64,000 bases of DNA from Mollicutes bacterium (GTDB lineage Bacteria; Bacillota_I; Bacilli_A; RF39; UBA660): positions 16,014 to 80,013 of the forward strand of contig DUQO01000018.1 of the NCBI GenBank assembly GCA_012837765.1, read 5' to 3'. The position numbers and the translations under genes are program-made. The notes below the pieces were generated by a model. The model was not told the origin of the DNA. It ran no database searches and saw only the letters and a list, made by a program, of their open reading frames with translations. This document shows positions 44,259-51,609 of the stretch, piece after piece. The first letter of the stretch is position 1, and the number at the start of each line of letters is the position of its first letter.

Positions 44259-44894
44259 ATGACACATAAAAGGAAGTTAAAACCCTTTGTAATTCCTATG
44301 CTTTATAGTATTGCTTTTTTAGCTTTTGTAATAAGTTTGTTTTTCTTACGTGAAGCCTTAAACATGCCTGTTTTTGATGAAGATGATGATTATACTTATG
44401 TAAGTAAAACAATTTTTGATGATGATGTTCCTGTTGTTGGTAATACAAAAAGTATTATAAGACCATACAAAGATAGTGAAATAAAAATATTAAAGTATTT
44501 TTATGATAAAGATGCCGAAGTAGATAAACAAAAAGAATCAATTATTTTTTATGAAAACATCTATATGCCTAATTCTGGTGTTGATTATGGGGGAAAAGAA
44601 AATTTTGAAGTTGTTTCCATATTGGATGGAACTGTAATAGATGTAAAAGAAGATGATTTGTTAGGAAAGATAGTAGAAATTAGACATAGTAATGAAATGA
44701 TAAGCGTTTATCAAAGTTTATCTGAGGTTACGGTTAAAAAACAGGATACTGTTTCACAAGGTCAGATAATTGGAAAAAGTGGAACTTGTAATATTTTACC
44801 AGACTTAAAAGATCATCTTCATTTAGAAATAATTTTTAACGGTAAAGTAATTGATCCAGAAAAAGCATTTGATAAAACTATAAAAGATTTATAA
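44259..44894 (+). CDS. spoIIQ: Stage II sporulation protein Q-like M23/LytM-domain membrane protein
   Basis: IVEIRHSNEMISVYQSLSEVTVKKQDTVSQGQIIGKSG matches B. subtilis SpoIIQ VVEVEHADGLSTVYQSLSEVSVEQGDKVKQNQVIGKSG. Retains HLHLEI. N-terminal TM. Start at MTHKRK with RBS GAGGTGA. Confidence 0.75.
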   Translation: MTHKRKLKPFVIPMLYSIAFLAFVISLFFLREALNMPVFDEDDDYTYVSKTIFDDDVPVVGNTKSIIRPYKDSEIKILKYFYDKDAEVDKQKESIIFYENIYMPNSGVDYGGKENFEVVSILDGTVIDVKEDDLLGKIVEIRHSNEMISVYQSLSEVTVKKQDTVSQGQIIGKSGTCNILPDLKDHLHLEIIFNGKVIDPEKAFDKTIKDL

Positions 44895-44963
44895 GGCAGG
44901 AATGCCTTTTTTTATGAATAAAAAGGTTTAAAATTTATATACTTTAACAAGAGAGGTGAGGCA

Positions 44964-45221
44964 GTGAAGAGTGACATTTTAAAAAGGGTTTTAGATGAGG
45001 CTTTTCATATTATTAATACAGAAGACACTATTAGAAATATAGCTAAAGTATTTAATGTAAGTAAAAGTACGGTGCATAAGGATTTGAATGAAAGATTATA
45101 TCAAATTGATGTTAAATTACATGAGAAAGTATCAGAAATTTTAAAGCATCATATAGAAGTTAGACATTTAAGAGGTGGGGAATCTACAAGACAAAAATAT
45201 TTAAAAATAAACAACTCCTAA
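44964..45221 (+). CDS. spoIIID: Stage III sporulation protein D
   Basis: VSKSTVHKDLNERL and VRHLRGGEST match SpoIIID GVSKSTVHKDLTERL and IRHLRGGEAT. Confidence 0.85.
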   Translation: MKSDILKRVLDEAFHIINTEDTIRNIAKVFNVSKSTVHKDLNERLYQIDVKLHEKVSEILKHHIEVRHLRGGESTRQKYLKINNS

Positions 45222-45294
45222 TAATAATTGCAAAAAATATGATAGAATATATATATAGATAATACACAGTTACATTTATAGAAGGGATGGTAGT

Positions 45295-46290
45295 ATGTTT
45301 AATAAGGATATAGGTATTGATTTAGGAACAGCAAATGTGTTGGTTTATGTAAAAGGACAAGGTATCGTTTTAAACGAACCTAGTGTTGTTGCAATTGATT
45401 CAGAAACAAAAAAACCTCTTACTGTAGGTACAGAAGCTCATGAAATGTTAGGAAGAACTCCAGGTAAAGTAAAAGCAATTAAACCGATGAAAGAAGGAGT
45501 TATTGCTGATTTTGAAATAACAGAAATAATGTTAAATTACTTTATAAAAAAAATAAAAGGTAAAAATATTTTTTCTCGTCCACGTATTCTTATTTGTTGT
45601 CCAGCTAATATAACGCAAGTTGAAAAAAATGCTATTAAAGAAGCAGCAGAAAGAACAGGAGCAAGAAGAGTATATCTTGAAGAAGAACCAAAAGTAGCGG
45701 CTGTAGGAGCAGGACTTGATATTGCCAAACCAAGCGGAAATATGGTTATTGATATAGGTGGTGGAACAACAGATATAGCAGTATTATCATTAGGAGGTAT
45801 TGTAAATAGTGCATCGATAAGGATAGCAGGAAATACTTTTGATAACGATATTGCAAAATATATAAAAGACAAATATAAATTATTGATTGGTGAAAGAACA
45901 GCTGAAGAAATAAAAATTAGAATAGGAACGGTTGCAAAAGGAAGTAAAAAAGAAAAAATGGATGTCCGTGGAAGGGATTTGGTAACTGGACTTCCACATA
46001 GTGTAACAATAACATCAGAAGAAATGGAAGAAACTTTAAGAAAAAGTGTCTATGAAATAATAAAGGTAACAAAAACAGTATTAGAGCAAACACCACCAGA
46101 ATTATCGGCAGATATAATCGATAAAGGAATTGTTATAACTGGTGGAGGTGCATTGATTGATGGATTTGATACATTATTAGCACAAGAATTAAAAGTACCA
46201 GTTTTTATAGCTGAAAGTCCTTTAACATGTGTAGTAGAAGGAACAGGAATTATGTTAGATAATTTACATCTTCTCGATAATTATTTATAA
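45295..46290 (+). CDS. mbl: Actin-like rod-shape protein Mbl/MreB
   Basis: DLGTANVLVYVKGQGIVLNEPSVVA; position after spoIIID. Confidence 0.85.
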   Translation: MFNKDIGIDLGTANVLVYVKGQGIVLNEPSVVAIDSETKKPLTVGTEAHEMLGRTPGKVKAIKPMKEGVIADFEITEIMLNYFIKKIKGKNIFSRPRILICCPANITQVEKNAIKEAAERTGARRVYLEEEPKVAAVGAGLDIAKPSGNMVIDIGGGTTDIAVLSLGGIVNSASIRIAGNTFDNDIAKYIKDKYKLLIGERTAEEIKIRIGTVAKGSKKEKMDVRGRDLVTGLPHSVTITSEEMEETLRKSVYEIIKVTKTVLEQTPPELSADIIDKGIVITGGGALIDGFDTLLAQELKVPVFIAESPLTCVVEGTGIMLDNLHLLDNYL

Positions 46291-46297
46291 TTAGACA

Positions 46298-46326
46298 AAG
46301 AGGTCGTTTTTCCTCTTTTTTTTGAT
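46298..46326 (+). terminator. Terminator after mbl
   Basis: AAAGAGG-tcgttttt-CCTCTTT followed by a T-run. Confidence 0.6.
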
Positions 46327-46374
46327 GCAAAAAAAAAGACGTATGATATAATTGTTTTGGAAGGTGGATAAGAA

Positions 46375-47427
46375 ATGAAGTATGATTTAAAACAGGTTTT
46401 AATTATTTTGACCGTAACTTTTACTTTTACTATGTTAATAGTACCAATAATTAAAAAAATCTCATTACATATTGGTGCAGTAGATAGGCCTAATGAAAGA
46501 AGAATAAATAAAAAAGATATGCCAAATCTTGGAGGATTAGCCATTTTTGCTGGTTTTTTACTAGGTTATATTTTATTTTGTGAACAAACAGTTATTATGA
46601 ATTCTGTTTTAGTTGGAGGTTTTATTCTAATTATTACAGGAATGATTGATAGTATTAATTCTCTTAAAGCAAGATATCAATTTTTTGCTCATTTACTATC
46701 GGCTTTCATTGTTGTTTTTTATGGGGGATTGTCACTTAATGTAATAGATGCCTTTGGATATACTATTAATTTTGGGATTTTTTCATATCCAATAACTATA
46801 TTTTTTATAGTAGGTATGATAAATGTCATCAATCTTATAGATGGGCTTGATGGCTTAGCTTCAGGTATATCTTCCATTTTCTTTTTAACGATTGGAATCA
46901 TAGCATTTATTATGAATAAAATAGGAGGCCTTGATATAGCTCTTTCATTTGTTATGTTAGGTTCAACACTAGGTTTTCTAGTTCATAATTTTTATCCTGC
47001 TAAAATATATATGGGTCAATCAGGATCTATGTTTTTAGGATATATTATAGCAGTAATAGCTTTATTAGGTTTTAAAAATGTTACATTAACTTCTTTTCTT
47101 GTTCCTATATTAATAATGGCAATACCAATAATAGACACTTTTTTTGCTATTTTAAGAAGAATAATAAATAAGCAGTCTATAGCTTCTGCTGACAAACAAC
47201 ATTTACATCATCAATTGTTAAAAATGAACTTTTCTCATAGAACAACAGTACTTATAATCTATTATATAGATGCCTTATTTGCTTTTGCATCTATTGTATA
47301 TGTTTTAAAAGATGCAAAATTAGGAATCTTTCTTTATGTAATACTTCTCATAATAGTAATATGGTTTGTTGTAACAACTAACATCATTATAAATAGGGAA
47401 AAACCTAAAAAAAATGCGCGTAAGTAA
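46375..47427 (+). CDS. tagO: UDP-GlcNAc:undecaprenyl-phosphate GlcNAc-1-phosphate transferase (WecA/TagO, GT4 MraY-like)
   Basis: NVINLIDGLDGLASG motif, about 10 TM. Confidence 0.8.
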   Translation: MKYDLKQVLIILTVTFTFTMLIVPIIKKISLHIGAVDRPNERRINKKDMPNLGGLAIFAGFLLGYILFCEQTVIMNSVLVGGFILIITGMIDSINSLKARYQFFAHLLSAFIVVFYGGLSLNVIDAFGYTINFGIFSYPITIFFIVGMINVINLIDGLDGLASGISSIFFLTIGIIAFIMNKIGGLDIALSFVMLGSTLGFLVHNFYPAKIYMGQSGSMFLGYIIAVIALLGFKNVTLTSFLVPILIMAIPIIDTFFAILRRIINKQSIASADKQHLHHQLLKMNFSHRTTVLIIYYIDALFAFASIVYVLKDAKLGIFLYVILLIIVIWFVVTTNIIINREKPKKNARK

Positions 47428-47578
47428 AATAAAAATAAGGTGTTTTATGTCTAATTATTATTATTAACAATTATCAAAAAATAAGATTACTAAATAAGAT
47501 TGTTATCTTTCATACTATGAAAAAATCAAATAAAATGTTATAATGTAAACGAATAGTTAATAGTAAAGGAGTATACTT

Positions 47579-48295
47579 ATGCTTCATTTTGTAATCTTTG
47601 ATGACAATGAGTTGATAAGAGAAAAAGTAAACAAAGTAATAACTAAATTAATGTTACCGACGGATATAGAATATAAAACGTTGGAATTTTCCAAATACAA
47701 TAAAAGTTTTGCTCAATTGATAGAAAGAAGAGGAGAAAAGAAAATATATATATTAGATATAGAAGTAGATTCTTACTCTGGTTTGGATGTTGCAAGAAAA
47801 ATAAGAGAGAGAGATTGGGAAAGCATTATAATAGTTTTAACAGCACATTATGAACTTGCATATGATGCCTTTAAAAATAGACTAATGTTGTTAGATTTTA
47901 TTTCAAAATTTGATAATTATGAACAAAATTTATATGATGTTTTAAAATTAGCATTAAAAGCATCACATGTTAAAAAACAATTTTCTTTTACTTCCAATAG
48001 AATGGCATATAGGGTTGATTACGATGATATTTTATATATTATCAAGGATACAGCAAAAAGAAATACAATTGTTAAAACTTTTTCTAAAGAATACCCTGTA
48101 TCACTTAACTTAAATGAAATAATGGCAATGTTGCCAGATAATTTTATTCAAACACATAGAGCATGTACAATTAATAGGGATAATGTAAAAACAATTGATT
48201 TTAAAGAAAACATTATAACATTTATTAATAATGAAAAAATATCAATGTTATCAAAAACATATAAGAAAGAAGTGAAAGAACATGTCTTTAGTTGA
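47579..48295 (+). CDS. LytTR-family response regulator (AgrA-like)
   Basis: Receiver with phospho-acceptor Asp in YILDIEVDS. C-terminal LytTR module ...ILYIIKDTAKRNTIV...QTHRACTIN. Confidence 0.8.
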   Translation: MLHFVIFDDNELIREKVNKVITKLMLPTDIEYKTLEFSKYNKSFAQLIERRGEKKIYILDIEVDSYSGLDVARKIRERDWESIIIVLTAHYELAYDAFKNRLMLLDFISKFDNYEQNLYDVLKLALKASHVKKQFSFTSNRMAYRVDYDDILYIIKDTAKRNTIVKTFSKEYPVSLNLNEIMAMLPDNFIQTHRACTINRDNVKTIDFKENIITFINNEKISMLSKTYKKEVKEHVFS

Positions 48296-49595
48296 TTTGA
48301 TTGGCCCCTCTTTTATCTTCAACATATTTCAACTAAAACTATCATCTGTAATAATAAAAGAAAAAATAGACTTTAAAAACGGAAAAAACATATTTTTATT
48401 TATACTTTTAATAGTAATGCTTTCCTTTTCAACTTTAGTTTTTAATAATTTTTTACGAGTGGTATTCAATTTCTTATGTTTGCTCTTTTTCTATTATTTT
48501 ATTCATAACAAAGGAATAAATGTAGCATTTATCGTTTCGTTTATTGCCTTCTTTTTATTTTTTATGTCAGAAATAATATTTTCTTCAATGTTATACTTTG
48601 TTAGTCAAATATGGGATATATCTATTGATATTGAAAAAAATACATTGCTATATTTAATATCAAATATATCAATTGGTTTTATGGCTATTATAATATATCG
48701 AATAAAAAAAATAAAACAAATTATTTTTACTTTGATTAAAAATTATGAAAAAACCAAATTTACTAAAACCATGTTGATAATACTAATGTTAATTTTTGTA
48801 TTAGTAAATAAAAATTTTTTATTGTTTGATTTTTATTTTGATTATCTTTTGAATCTATTTATTGTAGCGTTATTTTGCTTAATAGCTTATTTATTATTAA
48901 AGGAAAAAAATGCAAATGTGTCATTATCTAAAAAATATGATCAACTGTTTAGTTATTTAGAAAATTATGAAAAAGAACTTAATAAAAAAAGTATAATAAT
49001 TCATGAATTTAATAATCAACTAATTGCTATAAAAGGATTCAATGATAAGAAAAATAAGCATTTAGAACAATACCTAAATTCTATAATTAAAGATAATCAA
49101 AAGGGTGGAGAAAAGTTTCTTGATGATATGGAAAACCTTCCAAAGGGAGGATTAAAAGGATTAATTTATTATAAATTAGGATATCTGAAAGATGAAGGAA
49201 TTAATGTTGTAACTGATATTAGTTCAACTGTTAGAAAAAATGCCTTCGCTAAATTTGATCCTTCTTTATATAGAGATATTTTAAAAATAGTAGGTGTGTT
49301 GTTAGATAATGCTGTAGAGGCTGCAAAAGAATCAAAAGAAAAGCAAATATCATTAGAAATCTTTTGTACTAAAAATGATTTTAATATTGTATTATCTAAT
49401 ACCTTTTGTAATAATATTGATCTTGAAAAAATAGATGAATCAAAATATTCGACAAAAGGTAAGGATAGGGGATATGGACTTGCATTAGTAAAGCAAATAG
49501 TTAAAGATAATCCTAAATTGCAAGTTAAAAAAGAAATAATTAATAATTTCTTTGTTTCGACATTAACAATTGAACTAAAAAACACTTCTAATTAG
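48282..49595 (+). CDS. AgrC-like (HPK10) membrane sensor histidine kinase
   Basis: Six N-terminal TM helices, H-box IIIHEFNNQLIAIKG, GHKL motifs LLDNAVEA and GYGLALV. Confidence 0.7.
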   Translation: MSLVDLIGPSFIFNIFQLKLSSVIIKEKIDFKNGKNIFLFILLIVMLSFSTLVFNNFLRVVFNFLCLLFFYYFIHNKGINVAFIVSFIAFFLFFMSEIIFSSMLYFVSQIWDISIDIEKNTLLYLISNISIGFMAIIIYRIKKIKQIIFTLIKNYEKTKFTKTMLIILMLIFVLVNKNFLLFDFYFDYLLNLFIVALFCLIAYLLLKEKNANVSLSKKYDQLFSYLENYEKELNKKSIIIHEFNNQLIAIKGFNDKKNKHLEQYLNSIIKDNQKGGEKFLDDMENLPKGGLKGLIYYKLGYLKDEGINVVTDISSTVRKNAFAKFDPSLYRDILKIVGVLLDNAVEAAKESKEKQISLEIFCTKNDFNIVLSNTFCNNIDLEKIDESKYSTKGKDRGYGLALVKQIVKDNPKLQVKKEIINNFFVSTLTIELKNTSN

Positions 49596-49611
49596 ATAGA
49601 AGTGTTTTTTA
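49578..49611. terminator. Bidirectional terminator between the convergent kinase and agrD
   Basis: Perfect 13-bp inverted repeat AAAAACACTTCTA / TAGAAGTGTTTTT. Confidence 0.65.
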
Positions 49612-49616
49612 GATTA

Positions 49617-49751
49617 TTATTCTATTATTGATTTTGGTGCTTCTGGTTCATCAAACCAAAAAAGAATGCATCCAACATGAGCAGCATTAGAAGCAAGTAA
49701 GCCAACTACTGCTGCAAAGCGTCCTATAATCTTTAGTGTCCTCTTTTTCAT
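49617..49751 (-). CDS. agrD: AgrD-like autoinducing peptide precursor (44 aa)
   Basis: My translation MKKRTLKIIGRFAAVVGLLASNAAHVGCILFWFDEPEAPKSIIE: amphipathic leader, conserved Cys, C-terminal DEPEAPK tail (compare S. aureus ...CDFIMDEVEVPKEL). RBS GGGAGGAATATT. Below the ORF-track cutoff. Confidence 0.7.
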   Translation of the reverse strand: MKKRTLKIIGRFAAVVGLLASNAAHVGCILFWFDEPEAPKSIIE

Positions 49752-49784
49752 AATATTCCTCCCTTCTCATTCTTTATCAAATCA

Positions 49785-50390
49785 TCATTTTTTTTGATGA
49801 TATGATTTGTAGTTGTTATATGGTAAATTTAGTAATCTATATGAAATGGGTATTATTAGTAAAGATTCAATTACTAATGAAAATATAAGGCAATTTGATA
49901 CTAAGTTATTGCTTATAAAAAATGACAACAAACCATAAAAAATAGCTGTCAAAGAAGAAAGTAATTTATATTTTTTTCTTCTTTTTTTATTTATTAGTGG
50001 TCGTTTATGAGTGTCTGCAGGAGCATATAAAATAATAATAATAAAGCAAATAATAAAAATTAATATTTTTATAAATAAATTTATTACTAATACTGAGGCT
50101 AAATAAGATGTAAAAATAAAAACACTACCAGATAAAAACAAACAAATTCTGCTATTAGGAGCATGCAATCCAAAAGCATATAATCTAATACCACTAAATA
50201 TAATTGTTAATAACAAAAATTCTTTTAAAAGATTTAGAAAAAAACTGACTGTAACAAAAAGTATTGTTTTTCCAAGTAACAAGTATATTGCTTCTAAACC
50301 ATAACTAATTTTTTCGATATGTATATTGTTGTATGAGTTGTCATTTTTTTCTATCACCATAAGTAACTTATTTATAACTGCATTTTTCAT
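49785..50390 (-). CDS. agrB: AgrB-like membrane peptidase/cyclase
   Basis: Catalytic region FGLHAPNSRICLF (His/Cys) and YAPADTHKRP, 201 aa polytopic membrane protein. Confidence 0.8.
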   Translation of the reverse strand: MKNAVINKLLMVIEKNDNSYNNIHIEKISYGLEAIYLLLGKTILFVTVSFFLNLLKEFLLLTIIFSGIRLYAFGLHAPNSRICLFLSGSVFIFTSYLASVLVINLFIKILIFIICFIIIILYAPADTHKRPLINKKRRKKYKLLSSLTAIFYGLLSFFISNNLVSNCLIFSLVIESLLIIPISYRLLNLPYNNYKSYHQKK

Positions 50391-50404
50391 TAACTTCGCT
50401 CCCT

Positions 50405-50481
50405 ATTATAATAATTTTATCTTTTTTTCAAACATAATTTTTTTCAAGCGCTTGAAAAGTGTTAGTAAATGTTTGAAATGA
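50405..50481 (-). promoter_or_regulatory. agrB promoter with LytTR-type direct repeats
   Basis: 9-bp repeats TTGAAAAGT (50452-60) and TTGAAATGA (50473-81) separated by exactly 12 bp, upstream of a TTGAAA..TATAAT promoter with 15-16 bp spacing. Confidence 0.55.
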
Positions 50482-50695
50482 AGAAAAAGGGCCAATCAAA
50501 TATGTCGAAAGTCATTTTATGTCAAAAAAAAGGCGTTTTGTGTTTTGTTTAGTTTTTAAAAGTCTTAATTTATTAGAATATAATAGTAAATTAGTTATTA
50601 TGCGCAATAAATGTCACAATTTGTATTACTGCTTTTGTTGAAAAGCATAATTGTGTGAGTTATAGTGGTATTGTAAGGTTTTACTAGAAGGTGAG

Positions 50696-50920
50696 GTGCA
50701 AGAGGTGGTCGGAAAAGTAAAATGGTTTAATAATGAAAAGGGATATGGATTTATTGACTACTTAGAAGGTGAAGATATCTTTGTTCATTACAGCAACATT
50801 AAGCAAGAAGGCTTTAAAACTCTTTGTGAAGGACAAATGGTTAAATTTGATTTAATTCACACGGAAAAAGGACTACAAGCGATAAATGTTGAAAACGTTA
50901 ATGTAGCTACCGTTGTATAG
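50696..50920 (+). CDS. Cold-shock protein (CspA family)
   Basis: [18 protein letters not shown] motifs. GTG start after AGGTGAGGTG. Confidence 0.85.
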   Translation: MQEVVGKVKWFNNEKGYGFIDYLEGEDIFVHYSNIKQEGFKTLCEGQMVKFDLIHTEKGLQAINVENVNVATVV

Positions 50921-50997
50921 GTAGTTTTTTTTTAGATTTAATATTTGTAATTAATGTATTAAATGTTATAATTAATTTATAGAATGGAGGTATATAT

Positions 50998-51528
50998 ATG
51001 AAAATAGAAATTCGTGGCGACAAACTTTTAATCACAAAAGCAATTAAAAATTACATTGAAGAAAAGTTGAGTAAGCTAGACAAATATTTTAAAAAACCGG
51101 AAAATATTACCGCTAAAATAACACTTAAAGTAAGAGGGAGAAGCAAAATTATAGAGGTAACTATACCACTAAATTCTTTTATATTACGTAATGAAGAAGA
51201 ACATGGCGATTTATATGCCGCTATTGATCTTGTAGTTGATAAATTAGAAAGGCAAGTTGTAAAAAATAAAACTAAAATTAAAAGTAAACCATTAAAGTCA
51301 AAGAACATTGAAATCATCTTTGAGGATGAAGAAGAGGTTTTAGAAAAACCAGAAGTAATAGTAAAAAGGAAAAAATTAGAAATGAAACCAATGAGTGAAG
51401 AAGAAGCAATTTTGCAAATGAATTTATTGAATCATGATTTCTTTATTTTCAAAGATGCTGAAACAAATCACATTCATGTTTTGTATAAAAGAAAAGATGG
51501 AAATTATGGAATAATAGAAACAAAATAG
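50998..51528 (+). CDS. hpf: Ribosome hibernation promoting factor, long form
   Basis: MKIEIRGDKLLITKAIKNYIEEKL... with C-terminal dimerisation domain. hpf-secA-prfB synteny as B. subtilis yvyD-secA-prfB. Confidence 0.85.
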   Translation: MKIEIRGDKLLITKAIKNYIEEKLSKLDKYFKKPENITAKITLKVRGRSKIIEVTIPLNSFILRNEEEHGDLYAAIDLVVDKLERQVVKNKTKIKSKPLKSKNIEIIFEDEEEVLEKPEVIVKRKKLEMKPMSEEEAILQMNLLNHDFFIFKDAETNHIHVLYKRKDGNYGIIETK

Positions 51529-51548
51529 AATAAGATTATTATAATTAA

Positions 51549-51575
51549 AATCACACAAATCGTGTGATTTTTCTC
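51549..51575 (+). terminator. Terminator after hpf
   Basis: AATCACAC-aaatc-GTGTGATT followed by a T5 run. Confidence 0.6.
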
Positions 51576-51609
51576 TTAGATATGATACAATATTATATGA
51601 CTTGAGAGG

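Noticed and set aside
45537-46901. Minus-strand ORFs antisense to mbl and tagO (45537-45872, 46281-46544, 46719-46901)
   Set aside because: They are antisense to well-supported genes, with no translation signals.
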